In this document: positions 1-12,875 of the stretch, in pieces
Numbering within the stretch: the stretch's first letter is position 1
Layout: each line of letters begins with the position of its first letter
Source: Eledone cirrhosa
Lineage: Eukaryota
Direction of reading: 5' to 3'
Length of the DNA stretch: 64,000 nucleotides
Assembly (NCBI GenBank): GCA_964016885.1
Contig: OZ024762.1
Coordinates: forward strand, 20,894,001-20,958,000
Made by a program: the position numbers and the translations under genes
Notes under the pieces: model-generated
Database searches by the model: none
What the model saw: only the letters and a program-made list of their open reading frames with translations
What the model was told of the DNA's origin: nothing

Positions 1-242
1 TCATCATCATTGTTTAACGTCCATTTTCCATGCTAGCCTGGGTTAGATGGGTTGTCCCATTTGAGGTGAGTCAAGTTAAATGACTGTCTTACTCATACAT
101 AACTGTTTTTGGCTTGGTTTGGATGCACTTCCTAACACCAACCACATTTACTGTGTGAACTGGGTGCTTTTTGTTGTGACACCTACATGACCACTCACTT
201 TACTGTGTGGATAGGGTGCTTCCTTTCATGATACCTATACAA
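1..242 (-). mobile_element. 3' part of a SINE with an RTE-type (GAT)n tail, grading into the 48-bp satellite
   Basis: tcatcatcat..aacgtccattttccatgctagc and ggatgcacttcctaacaccaacc match the SINE/RTE tail family repeated throughout the window. Confidence 0.75.
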
Positions 243-1792
243 TCACTTTACAGTGTACACTAGGTGCTTTTTCTTGTGACATCTACACAACCACATTTCA
301 GTGTGGACTGGATGCTTTTTGTTGTGACATCTACACGACCACATTACAGTGTGGACTGGATGCCTTTTGTCACAATACCAACACAACCACTTTACAGTAT
401 AGACTGGGTGCCTTTTGTCACAATACCAACACAACCACTTTCCAGTATAGGCTGGGTGCTTTTTGTCGCGATACCAAGACGGCCACTTTACAGTATAGGC
501 TGGGTGCTTTTTGTCACAATACCAAGACGGCCACTTTACAGTATAGGCTGGGTGCTTTTTGTCACAATACCAAGACGGCCACTTTACAGTATAGGCTGGG
601 TGCTTTTTGTCACAATACCAAGACGGCCACTTTACAGTATAGGCTGGGTGCTTTTTGTCACAATACCAAGACGGCCACTTTACAGTATAGGCTGGGTGCT
701 TTTTGTCGCGATACCAAGACGGCCACTTTACAGTATAGGCTGGATGCTTTTTGTCGCGATACCAAGACGGCCACTTCACAGTATAGGCTGGGTGCTTTTT
801 GTCGCAATACCAACACGGCCACTTTACAGTATAGGCTGGGTGCTTTTTGTCGCGATACCAAGACAGCCACTTTACAGTATAGGCTGGATGCTTTTTGTCG
901 CGATACCAAGACGGCCACTTCACAGTATAGGCTGGGTGCTTTTTGTCACAATACCAAGACGGCCACTTTACAGTATAGGCTGGATGCTTTTTGTCGCGAT
1001 ACCAAGACGGCCACTTCACAGTATAGGCTGGGTGCTTTTTGTCGCGATACCAAGACGGCCACTTCACAGTGTAGGCTGGGTGCTTTTTCTCGCAATACCA
1101 ACACGGCCACTTTACAGTATAGGCTGGGTGCTTTTTGTCACAATACCAAGACGGCCACTTTACAGTATAGGCTGGGTGCTTTTTGTCACAATACCAAGAC
1201 GGCCACTTTACAGTATAGGCTGGGTGCTTTTTGTCACAATACCAAGACGGCCACTTTACAGTATAGGCTGGGTGCTTTTTGTCACAATACCAAGACGGCC
1301 ACTTTACAGTATAGGCTGGGTGCTTTTTGTCGCGATACCAAGACGGCCACTTTACAGTATAGGCTGGATGCTTTTTGTCGCGATACCAAGACGGCCACTT
1401 CACAGTATAGGCTGGGTGCTTTTTGTCGCAATACCAACACGGCCACTTTACAGTATAGGCTGGGTGCTTTTTGTCGCGATACCAAGACAGCCACTTTACA
1501 GTATAGGCTGGATGCTTTTTGTCGCGATACCAAGACGGCCACTTCACAGTATAGGCTGGGTGCTTTTTGTCACAATACCAAGACGGCCACTTTACAGTAT
1601 AGGCTGGATGCTTTTTGTCGCGATACCAAGACGGCCACTTCACAGTATAGGCTGGGTGCTTTTTGTCGCGATACCAAGACGGCCACTTCACAGTGTAGGC
1701 TGGGTGCTTTTTCTCGCAATACCAACACGGCCACTTTACAGTATAGGCTGGGTGCTTTTTGTTGCAATACCAAGACGGCCACTTTACAGTAT
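243..1792. repeat. 48-bp minisatellite (~32 units) with a 624-bp higher-order repeat
   Basis: Unit ggccactttacagtataggctgggtgctttttgtcgcgataccaagac. Identical ORFs at 658 and 1282 are offset by 624 = 13x48. Confidence 0.95.
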
Positions 1793-2434
1793 ATAGAGAT
1801 ATACAAATCTAAATCTTTGCTACTTAGAATTCCATCAGATGAAAAAGAGTATTAGAATTGGTGTAGATTGATTCAGTTGTTCGTATATCTAGATTTTAAT
1901 TAAGGACTTTTTCCGAAATATATTTACAGCTAGTTGTTGCTTTGGTTTAATTGCTTATCTGAATAGTGTTTATTTTTTATTTTTGTATTTTTTTTTTATC
2001 ATTTCATCTGTTTTGTTCTGATAATACTGCTAGTTTCTCTTACATAATCAATATCTTTTTCATTGTTATTTAGGTAACGTGTGTGTATGTATGTATATGT
2101 GTGGATATTTCTGTGTGTGCCATCATTCAAGGCTTGTTTTCTCTGCAAGCAAGGGTTGTGTATTTGTGTGTGTGTATGAATGTATGTAATCTCTGTAGTG
2201 TGTATATATGTGTGAATAAATATGTGTGTGTGTATTTATATATGTGAAAAAATATATATATATATATATACACACACACATGCATATATATATATTATTA
2301 TACATTATATAGATATGCACACATATATACATAAGCAAGTATATATATATATATACTTATATCTATGTGTGCATATCTATATATAGTGTGTGTGTGTGTG
2401 TGTATATGTGTGCATATCTATATAATGTGTGTGT

Positions 2435-2469
<35 letters not shown>

Positions 2470-2494
2470 GTATATATGCTTGTGTATGTATATA

Positions 2495-2527
<33 letters not shown>

Positions 2528-2552
2528 ATATGCTTGTGTATGTATATATGTA

Positions 2553-2583
<31 letters not shown>

Positions 2584-3169
2584 ATATGCTTGTGTATGTA
2601 TATATGTATATATATATGTATGCTTGCATATGTGTATGTATATATGTATATGTGTGTGTGTGTTTTCTAAATCCACGCTACACCAAATAGAAATGTTGTC
2701 ACTATGTAGACAATAGATTGTAAAACAGTGTTATGTAATCATCAGCTGCTTTGTCTGAGAGAGAATGGAAGTATCTGTAATATGAAAGAATGCTTTAGTT
2801 AACCTTTTCATCACCGTATTTCTAATTAAATACTTTATATTTTAATTAATTATTGAAGAATTTGGGAAAGATTTACTAAAATAATAATTTCATTTAGATT
2901 CTATTTGTAACATGACAATGAAATATTCTTGTATAAAATCATTTTGGAAGGTTTTCATTTAACTCTTAACATCCTCTATCGCATGAAACCACAGACATTC
3001 TTGAAAAATGTAAAATAGTAGTAGGAGTGCATCCAAATCCTAAATCATGAGCTTCTCACTTTTGATGGAGGAATCCCTCCCTGGTTGAGTTCCATTCCTC
3101 CCCATCTCAGGCTATACTGGGTCATGTGGGTCTGAGGTATCAGGTTAGATCATTGCATTATCTTGCCTT

Positions 3170-3580
3170 TGACTGCTGCCTCAGTGTTCACTGTCTCAGC
3201 ATCCACTGTCTCCGTGTTTACAGTCTCAGCATCCACAGTCTCAGTGTTCAGTCTCAGTATTCACAGTCTCGCCATTCAGTCTCAGCGTCCACTGTCTCAG
3301 TGTTCACTGTCTCAGCATCCACTGTCTCCGTGTTTACAGTCTCAGCATCCACTGTCTCAGTGTTTACAGTCTCAATATTCACAGTCTCGCCGTTCAGTCT
3401 CAGCGTCCACAATCTCAGCATCCATTGCCTCAGCATCCATTGTTCGCAGTCTCCGTTCAGTCTCAGCGTCCACAATCTCAGCATCCATTGTTCGCAGTCT
3501 CTGTTCAGTCTCCGCGTTCACAGCCTCGGCGTTCAGTCTCAGCATCCATTGCCTCAGCATCCACTCTCTGTGTTCACTGC
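3170..3580. repeat. Degenerate short-period tandem repeat (cagtctcag/catccactgt)
   Basis: Repeated tctcagcatccactgtctcagtgtt motifs; translates as periodic TVSASTVSVF. Confidence 0.8.
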
Positions 3581-4182
3581 ATCACATTCAATATCAAAGT
3601 CTTTACTTTACTGCAACTTTTTACAATGATCTGTGCACTAGTAAAGATACTATAAACATTTGAATGAACAAACCACATGAAACCACACTTCCTTGGAAGA
3701 CCTAAAGAGGTGGGTGCTTTGACTCTGTCAGGTTTAAAATGTCCAAAACACACTATATATCACTATGGTACTCCAATGACTAAATTAGGAGCTACAGGTT
3801 CGTGCATATATACTTTATAATGAAGTCTAGACATTTTCTTATAAGTAGTTTATATTCCAGTTTAATTTCAGGTCTTCTGTTTTACTTACAACCTTGTTTT
3901 GTTTTTTAAATGTCTTGGCATCAGCTGTGTAGGTTTAGATTATGAAATAGGAGCTATGGATTATCTGAAAACAATTGATTTAGCTAAAACAATGTCAGCT
4001 TAGCCTAGCCATTATGTAATACTTTGTTTCTGAAGCATTAAAAGCCCATTTAGTTATAATCTGTTTATAAATATACAAGAAGCTGTTTGTATCTCAGTGA
4101 ATTTGCCAGCAAAATCAGTCAGCATGGGAACACCTGACCTGCTGAAATTGCTTCAGTGATGTGATTTGACTCAGTAATGCTA

Positions 4183-4402
4183 TAGAGATGTGACTGGACT
4201 GAGAAACGATTTAGAGATGTGACTGGACTGAGAAACGATTTAGAGATGTGACTGGACTGAGAAATGATTTAGAGATGTGACTGGACTGAGCAAAAATTTA
4301 GAGATGTGACTGGACTGAGCAAAGATTTAGATGTGACTGGACTTAGTAATGACATAGAGGTGTGATTAAACTGATTAAAGACTTAAAGATGTGACTGGAC
4401 TA
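4183..4402. repeat. 29-bp minisatellite
   Basis: tagagatgtgactggactgagaaacgatt, about 5 good copies plus degenerate ones. Confidence 0.85.
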
Positions 4403-4691
4403 AATAAACACACACACACATATATATATATATACATATACACACACCCTTGCAAGCAGGGAAAAGTGGACGTAAAATGATGATGATGATGATGATAGAT
4501 ATAGATATATTGTACTGTATCAAGCATGTCTATAATAAGACATTTTCCCAAGGTGCCATATAATGGGATTGAACCCGAAACCATACAGTGACTACTTTAA
4601 CTATACAGCCATGTCTGTCTACCTATATATATTTTGTTGTTTTACATAAAGCTATGGTATATATAAATTATTTTCAGTTGTTCTGTTAAAA

Positions 4692-4710
4692 ACCTTAACA
4701 TAACCTATAG
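4692..4710 (+). promoter_or_regulatory. U12-type (minor spliceosome) branch point and 3' splice site
   Basis: ACCTTAAC (U12 consensus TCCTTAAC) ends 11 nt before the exon, and the AG has no polypyrimidine tract (ataacctatag). Confidence 0.7.
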
Positions 4711-4792
4711 ATTTGGAAGACCAGGTGTTGACTGCCATTGCTGCCACCCAGAAGAAGCGGCTGTGATACAAATTTTATTTCTAATAAATGAG
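4711..4792 (+). CDS. STXBP5: Tomosyn / syntaxin-binding protein 5 coding exon (82 bp; WD40 region)
   Basis: tag|A TTT GGA AGA CCA...AAT GAG|gtaagg encodes FGRPGVDCHCCHPEEAAVIQILFLINE, recognisable as the tomosyn/Lgl FGRPGV..AVIQL.FLINE motif. Its phase-0 end joins 34046 in frame (NE|GALV). Absent from the ORF track; found by reading. Confidence 0.93.
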
Positions 4793-4913
4793 GTAAGGAA
4801 TGACTTCTTCTCGTTAATCTTACTTCCAATACCATTTTTTTTTCATTTAGAACATTCATTGTAATAATTTTGTTTCTAGCCTTAACTAATTGTATGTCAA
4901 AAAAATATGTTGT

Positions 4914-5862
4914 GAGATCTGTTACTTCCCACACCTTGTCTACCAAAATATGTACTGTTACTTCCCACTCCTTGTCTACCAAAAGATGTACTGTCACATC
5001 TGTTACTTCCCACTCCTTGTCTACCAAAAGATGTACTGTTACTTCCCACTCCTTGTCTACCAAAAGATGTACTGTCACACCTGTTACTTCCCACTCCTTG
5101 TCTACCAAAAGGTGTACTGTCACATCTGTTACTTCCCACTCCTTGTCTACCAAAAGATGTACTGTCACATCTGTTACTTCCCACTCCTTGTCTACCAAAA
5201 GATGTACTGTCACACCTGTTACTTCCCACTCCTTGTCTACCAAAAGATGTACTGTTACTTCCCACTCCTTGTCTACCAAAAGATGTACTGTCACATCTGT
5301 TAATTCCCACACCTTGTCTACCAAAAGATGTACTGTTACTTCCCACTCCTTGTCTACCAAAAGATGTATTGTTACATGTTAATTCCCACTCCTTGAGTAC
5401 CAAAAGAAGTACTATTACATCTGTTACTTCCCACACCTTGTCTACCAAAAGATGTACTGTCACATCTGTTACTTCCCACACCTTGTCTACCAAAAGATGT
5501 ACTGTCACATCTGTTACTTCCCACACCGAGTCTACCAAAAGATGTATGTTACATCTGTTACTTCCCATACCATGTCTACGAAAAGATGCACTGTTACATT
5601 ACTTCCAACATCATGTCTACCAAAAGATGTACTATTACATCTGTTACTTCCCACACCATGTCTACCAAAAGATGTGATGTTACATCTGTTACTTCCCACA
5701 CCATGTCTACCAAAAGATGTGATGTTACATCTGTTACTTTCCACACAATGTCTACCAAAAGATGTTCTGTTACATCTCACACCATGTCTACCAAAAGATG
5801 TACTGTTACATCTGTTACTTCCCACACCATGTCTACCAAAAGATGTACTGTTACGTCTGTTT
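4914..5862. repeat. 42/33-bp minisatellite just downstream of the first tomosyn exon
   Basis: Unit (cacatctgt)tacttcccactccttgtctaccaaaagatgtactgt, with or without the 9-bp segment. Confidence 0.9.
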
Positions 5863-6642
5863 TATATGTATACGAAATAGGTCTAAAGTCTGTCTTGAGC
5901 CTGGGGGCTTATAAGATCAGTGCTTATCCTGGTTTTTGTGGTGTGAAGCAACTGAGAGTACAAACTGCTCCCTGGACAGGATGCTAACCCATTGCAGGGT
6001 TCAACTCCAAGCTATTGCTGGTATTCATTTTCAGCTAAGTATACCAGAGCAATGTGAAATGAAGTATTTTGCTCAAGAACACAACTCTTACCACTAGACC
6101 ACGTACCTCCACAACCAAATAGGTACTGTTACATCTTATATTTCTCACTCCTTGTATACCAAAGGTGTACAGGTATGTAGTGTATCTATTTGTCTCATTA
6201 TATAGACTACATTACTCTTATGCAATAATCTTTACTATAATTAACTTCTCTTGTTTACCACTCTCCTATATCACCTATGTATGTATGGATATGTAATTTC
6301 TTATGGAGTCATAGGAGTGCCGTAGTGACATACTGTATTTCTAGGGTAGTTTAGATCTAGTGGAGCCCATCTCTTTTCCAGGTCTGAACATACCCAATTT
6401 CTTCCAGATATGGGGAGAGAGTGATTGAGAAGAAGTGAGAAAGAGATAGAAAGGGAGAAATAACCCCAGTATTAGACTGGTACTTTGACATTCTCCCATT
6501 TAAGGTCAATAAACAAAGTTGACCTCAGTGGGATTGGAACTCAGTGTGTACAGAGCCGGAATGAATATCACAAAGAATTCTATCCAATGTTCTAATGACT
6601 CTAATTAGCTGCCTTGTTCCACCATTAGTTTATATTTCATTA

Positions 6643-7112
6643 ATGTCACTGGACCGAGATCTTTGGCGCTACGCAGTAATACAGAAGACCCGCCTTGCCT
6701 ATGTACAAAGCGAAACCTACAGTCAGTAGGCACCTCTTAACCAAATATACACCCCAATCCACTACCCCTACCCTATCCTCCCAATCTTACCAACACCACC
6801 CTCTATCTGTAAAGTTGGTACCACAACATCCAGTCCAAATAAATGAGATCGAGATCATGTAGGTGTCACGAGAAAAAAAACACACAGTCCACGCTGTAAT
6901 GTGGTCGTGTAGGTAACACAGTAAAAAGTTCCCAGTTCCACACTGTAAATGTGGTTGGTGTTAGGAAGGGTATCCAGCCATAGAAAACCTGCCAGATAGT
7001 CTTGTATGAGCGAGACACGGTCACCCGACCAACCTTGCCTCAAGTGGGACAACTCCCGTCTAACCCATGCTAGCGTGGAAGATGGACGTTAAACGAAGAT
7101 GATGATGATGAT
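6643..7112 (+). mobile_element. 5'-truncated RTE LINE 3' end (family of 13925-16796)
   Basis: aatgtcactggaccgagatctttggcg matches the ORF end at ~16336; carries the 3' UTR and (GAT)n tail. Confidence 0.85.
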
Positions 7113-7261
7113 GAGTGAGTGAGAACATATGACCACCACCACTATGTATGTGTGTGTGTCTGTGTATATTTCTGTGTGTATGTGTGTGTGACATGAAACA
7201 AATAGAATTGGTTTGAAGTGAAAATATTCCTGCAGGTTTATTACATTCTCTTTCTCCTCTT

Positions 7262-7755
7262 CTACTGCCACCAACACCAACACCACCTTCATCTGTACTG
7301 CTACTACTACCACCACCAACACCACCCCCTTCATCTGTACTACTATTACTACTACTACCACCACCATCCTCTACTACTACCAACACCATCACCTTCATCT
7401 GTACTACTACCATCACCATCACCACTAACAACACCATCTCTTTCATCACTACTACTACTACTACCACCACCACCACACTCACCTGTACTACTACTACTAC
7501 TACCACCACCAACACCACCCTCTTCATCTGTACTACTACTATTACCACCACCACCCTCTTCATCTCTACTACTACTACTATTACCACCAACACCACCCTC
7601 TTCATCTATAGTACTACTACTATTACTACCACCACCACCACCACCACCACCCTCTTCACATCTATAGTACTACAACTATTACTACTACTACTAACACCAC
7701 CCTGTTCATCCTAATACTACTACTATTACTACTACTACCACCATCACCATACCAT
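7262..7755. repeat. (CTA/CCA)n low-complexity trinucleotide region
   Basis: Runs of ctactacta/ccaccacca with a recurring ccctcttcatctgta motif. Confidence 0.85.
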
Positions 7756-8584
7756 CTTTATTGATTACCTAATAAAATATCCAATAGCTTTTAAATATTT
7801 TTACTGGTTTCAGTCATTACACTATGGCCATACTGGGGCACCACCTTGAAGAGACCAAATCAATCATATCAACCTCAGTATTACTTTACAGGTTTAAATC
7901 ATTATACTACGACCATGCTGGGGCAGTGATACTACACACACAGACACACAGACACACACATACACATACACACACGGACACATACACACACGGACACTGA
8001 CATATACGGACACACAGACACACAGAGACATGGTAGACTTCTACAGTTTCCTTCTACCAAATTTAATTCAGAATACATTGGTCATCCTGAGGCTACTGTA
8101 TGATACAAGTCCAAAGTGTGATACTGTGAGACAAAACAATAAACATGGGGCTGTGAAACCATCCATACCTATTTAATGTGGAAGGTAAAAGAAATTTATA
8201 TTAAAAAAAAAATAAAAAAAAAAAAGATAAAGAAATCAATATAGCTTTGCCCAACCTGTAATTAATGCTTAAATTAATTCTTTGTTGTGATTAGCAAGGA
8301 AATTGCTGATTAAACAACATATAGTGTAGCCCACTCTTTAGTAATAACATCAAGTACACAGCTGACATCACAGTGTCTCTCCAGGTAAGAGGTCTAATCT
8401 TGAAGATAATTAAGAATTTGGAGGGATTTACAAATAGAACTTCCTCTTATTTTCATTATGTTGGTGTTTAGAACACATACAATACATATCCTATAAACTG
8501 TAAGGTACATGTATACATGGTCCTCAAACTCCTGGTGAAGTTGTAAGGGCGCCATAGTGGGATATGGCATTTCTACAGCATTTC

Positions 8585-9236
8585 AACCTTTTAGTATTTA
8601 AACTGGCTGTATCCAGCCAGAATTCTCTCACCTCTTTCTGTTCAAACTGGCCGTAACTTGCTACTCATACTTGTGTTAAGGTATTGTTCTGAAAATAAAT
8701 AATATCAAAATCTCATAGATTTGATATTATGTGAGATAAAGCCTTTACCATGAATATCTATCTATCTAAGGCGGGTAAAATTCCCAAGATCCATGGACGA
8801 GTTCTCTCCAGCGGTCTCTGTCCCTCATTATTGCTGCCATGTCCTGCGTCTCTAACAGACCAGTGTCTGTCCTTAGGGCATCAACATACGTTAACCTTGG
8901 TCTTCCTCTTCTAGTGTGTCCATGTAGCGGCTCCCAAAGGAGAACTGAGTGCAATGTCAACTCTGGATGTCGGTGAGCATGTCCAGCTAACCTCAGTCTC
9001 CTCTGTATTTGGGAGCAAAGATTGGGAAAACGGAAGATGATGTGGTTGAGAGGAAGAGCAAGGCCTGGGCGGCGTGCCACAACTTGAGATCGGTGTGGAA
9101 GTCGGACCTTCGTAGAGACCTGAAAGTCTGCCTCTTCATTGCTGTAGTGGAGTCTGTGCTGCTGTATGGGTCTGAGACTTGGACACCATGAATATACAAT
9201 AGTATATATTGAGTAATGTAAATGCTAAAGGGTTAA
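8585..9236. mobile_element. TTAA-flanked (piggyBac-like) MITE interrupted by an RTE insertion
   Basis: Ends aaccttttagtatttaaac...taaatgctaaagggttaa; same internal sequence as the uninterrupted copies at 42783, 50108 and 51480. Confidence 0.85.
8758..9184 (-). mobile_element. RTE-clade LINE fragment with 5' inversion and 11-bp TSD
   Basis: Minus strand 8766-9008 encodes an RTE C-terminus (RRLRLAGH..RGRPRLTYVD..DRDRW) with a (TAGA)n tail. Plus strand 9009-9184 encodes the upstream RTE segment (..VESVLLYGSETWT). ACCATGAATAT is duplicated at 8747-8757 and 9185-9195. Confidence 0.88.
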
Positions 9237-9289
9237 GCCTGGCAGAGCCAATCTCCTCTCTGGGTCTGAATTCAACAGATTTCTTCCAG

Positions 9290-11060
9290 AAAAGGATAGA
9301 AAGTGAAAGGAAATGAGAGAGAGAAAGAGAGATATAGAATAATTGACTCCAGTACTTGACTGGTACTTTTTTTTTATTGACCTCAAAAGAGTGAAAGGCA
9401 AAGTTGACGTTGGCGGCATTTGAACTCAGAGAGCAGAAAGCCAGAATGAATATCACAAAGCATTCAATCTGACATTCTAATGCAGGGCCATTGCTGGGCC
9501 ACTTTTGAACATTGGAACAACTATTAGGGCCATTAATATTTATTAAGCACTATTCCAAAGATTCACCACAACTTCTTGGGAAATTATAACACACATAACC
9601 CTATCAGTGAAGCCCTTTAGTACAGGTCAACCAATAGAAAATTGTATTACGGTTACGAACAAATTTCTAAATAAGTCTACAAGGTAAAAATTAAAAACGG
9701 TCATTGCGGGCCACTCTGACTGGTCTGATGTTGCATACCCCTGTTTTAATGGAATGGATCTGCCAATTGGTTGCCAACAATTTTTGGGGAGAGGTAAGTT
9801 GATCAAATTGACCCTAGTGCATTATTATCCATAAGGATGAAAGGCAAAGCTAACCTTGGCCGGTTTTGAACTTAGAAACGTAGAGAGCCGTAACTACATG
9901 CCAAAAAGCATGTCCGACACTCTACTGATACTGCCATTCTATCACTAATAATGATAGTAATAATAATGGTTTCTGATTTTAGCTTAAGGCCAACAATTTT
10001 AGGGAAGGGGAAAGTTAATTAAATCGACGCCAGTGCATTACTGGTACTTTATTTTATCGACCCTGTAAGGATGAAAGGTAAAGATAACCTCTGCAGGATT
10101 TGAACTCAGAATGTAAAAGGCTGTAACTATATGCTAGAAAGCATGTTGTCCGACGCTCCACCGATACTGCCAATCCCATGTCCTCTGATGATGATAATTA
10201 TTTCTACTTTTGGCACAAGGCCAGCAATTATCCCAGTATGATAATAATAATGGTTTCTTATATAGGCACAAGGTCAGAAATTTTGGGGGGAGGGGAAAGT
10301 CGATTAAATCAACCCCAGTGTATGACTGGTACTTTATTTTATCGACCCCGTAAGGATGATAGACAAAGTTAACCTCGGCAGGATTTGAATTCAGACAATA
10401 AAGGGCTGTAACTATATGCTACAAAGCATGTTGTCCAATACTCCACGAATACTGCCAATCCCATGTCCTCTGATGATGATGATAATAATTGTTTCTACTT
10501 TAGGCACAAGGCCAGCAATTACCCAGTACATTACTGGTACTTTATTTTATCGACCACGTAAGGATGAAAGGCAAAGTCAACCTCGGCGGGATTTGAACTC
10601 AGACGATCAAGGGCCGTAACTCTTTGCTGCAAAGCATGGCGTCCGACCCTCTTCCGATACTGCCAATCCACCACCCTGATGATGATGATAATAATGATTT
10701 CTTAACCACAAAGGGTCCACATCAGTAAAAACCTTATGACAGTACAGGACGAAAACGTAGTGTGTCTATGTGTGTGTGTTCGTGTGTAATAATAATAATT
10801 GTTTCTACTTTAGGCACAAGGCCAGCAATTACCCAGTGCATTACTGGTACTTTATTTTATCGACCCCGTAAGGATGAAAGGCAAAGTTAACCTCGGCGGG
10901 ATTTGAACTCAGAATGGCAAGGGCCGTAACTCTATGTGTCAAAGCATGGTGTCCGACCCTCTATCGATACTGCCAATCCCAATAATAATTGTTTCTACTT
11001 TTGGCACAAGGCCAGCAATTATCCCAGTGTATTACTGGTGCTTTATTTTATCCACCCCAT
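9290..11060 (-). mobile_element. Cluster/tandem array of tRNA-derived SINEs (Meta-domain-like core)
   Basis: Repeated ctggtactttattttatcgaccccgtaaggatgaaaggcaaag..gatttgaactcag..ccgatactgcca. The reverse strand has an A box (TGGCAGTATCGG) and a B box (GTTCAAATC). Confidence 0.85.
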
Positions 11061-11084
11061 CCACAGCCATCATAAAAATACAAT

Positions 11085-11530
11085 CTCACACACACACATA
11101 CATTCTCATATACACACACATAAGGAGCATCCCTATATCTACACGCTACTTCCCTTAAGTACACAGCACTAAGTTGAATGTTAGCCTTACTGGTCTTAAC
11201 TAGTCACATCTCATCCCTATACATACAAACACACATACACACATTCATATACACACACACACACTCACACATAAGGAGCATCCCTATATCTACACTCTAC
11301 TTTCCATAAGTACATAGCACTAAGTTGAATGTTGGCCTTACTGGTCTTCTTAACTAGTCACATCTCATCCCTACACATACACACATTCACACACACACAC
11401 ACACACTCACACATAAGGAGCATCCCTATATCTACACTCTACTTTCCATAAGTACATAGCACTAAGTTGAATGTTGGCCTTACTGGTCTTCTTAACTAGT
11501 CACATCTCATCCCTACACAGACATACAAAC
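11085..11530. repeat. Three tandem ~140-155-bp units separated by (CA)n
   Basis: ataaggagcatccctatatctacac..taactagtcacatctcatcccta occurs three times. Confidence 0.85.
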
Positions 11531-12289
11531 ACGCACACATATATGTATATCATGTGTATATATATATCCAAGCAATACTTTAAAATACAATAACATTAAA
11601 TAGATATGACACTTCCCTCCTGTTCTCTTTACATTTTCTGTCAAAGAAAATCATTAAAATGTTTTATTTGAAAAGCAAAACAAAAAAAACAAAAAAAAAA
11701 ATTAACAAATCCCCTATAACTGGATTGTAACATTAGACTCAGCTTCATATGTAATTTATATTTTTATTTATTTATCTATTTTTATTATATCTAAATTTGT
11801 TTTTGTATCTTTATTTTTTTTTTGTACTTTTTTTATTATTTCATATTTTATTTTATTCATTATTTTTTTTATATTTCTCTCCCCAATTCTCCCCAGACCT
11901 GTTACCATTGGTTTCTCCATGGAATCATAAAAGGAATCAATACTTGCAGCAGTTCTTTTATTGAAATTCATTTTGTTATATTTGAATTTACTGTTACATC
12001 TCATAGGTACTGTCTGTTGGTTTTGGTTTGGTTTGGTTTGGTTTGGGTTTGGTGTTTTTTTTTTTTTTTGTTTTTTATGTTTTTTTTGTGTATGTGCGTG
12101 TGTTTTTTGTTTGTTTTGTTTCTGTGTCTTTTTGTTTGTTTTGTTTCTGTATCTTTGTTGTTGTTCTATATTATCACAATTTGATAGTTTCATATTGTAG
12201 CAATATAGTTTTGTTGTTGTTGTTGTCTTTGTCTTTAAACTATCTTGTCAGGAATATAATAAATGTTTGCGTTGCTAAAATGAGATTTA

Positions 12290-12570
12290 ATATTATTTTG
12301 CATGGTAGTGAGATGTGGGTATTGAATGAATGCAGAAAATATAGCAAAAGTTCGCAGGAAATGAGGGGAGCATGCTCCACTGGATGTGTAATGTTAGTGT
12401 GCATACACAATGAAGCACAGTTGAGTTGAGAGATGAGAAAAAATAACTGTTTTAAGAGGAATTGGATGTAGTGTGCAGGAGAGAAGACTGAAGAGTGTGC
12501 TGGTGTGGATATGTAATGCATATGGATGATGGTGAAGTTGTGGTACGTTAATTTCACGAGCAGGCAGTTC
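12290..12570 (+). mobile_element. Highly degenerate RTE fragment
   Basis: ILHGSEMWVL and gcatgctccactggatgtgtaatg resemble the RTE LHGSETW / MLRWMCN segment. Confidence 0.6.
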
Positions 12571-12729
12571 TGTTGATTGAATCAACTGGAGCATTTGTCA
12601 TGGGAAACGAAGGAGGTCCAACAACAACACACGCACACATATATATGTATATATATACATGTATACATACAGGTATATACATGTATATGTATATATATAT
12701 ACATGTATATGTATACATATATACATATG

Positions 12730-12802
<73 letters not shown>

Positions 12803-12875
12803 ATATATATATATATATGTGTGTGTGTATATATATATATATATAATATATATACACACACACATATATGTATGT

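Noticed and set aside
243-1796. 482-aa and 510-aa ORFs on opposite strands with a 16-aa repeat
   Set aside because: A by-product of a stop-free 48-bp SINE-derived unit; no unique domain, credible start or splice context.
4695-5987. ORFs of 100-220 aa over the 42/33-bp repeat
   Set aside because: Minisatellite translations. The real coding sequence here is the 82-bp exon 4711-4792, in a frame not listed.
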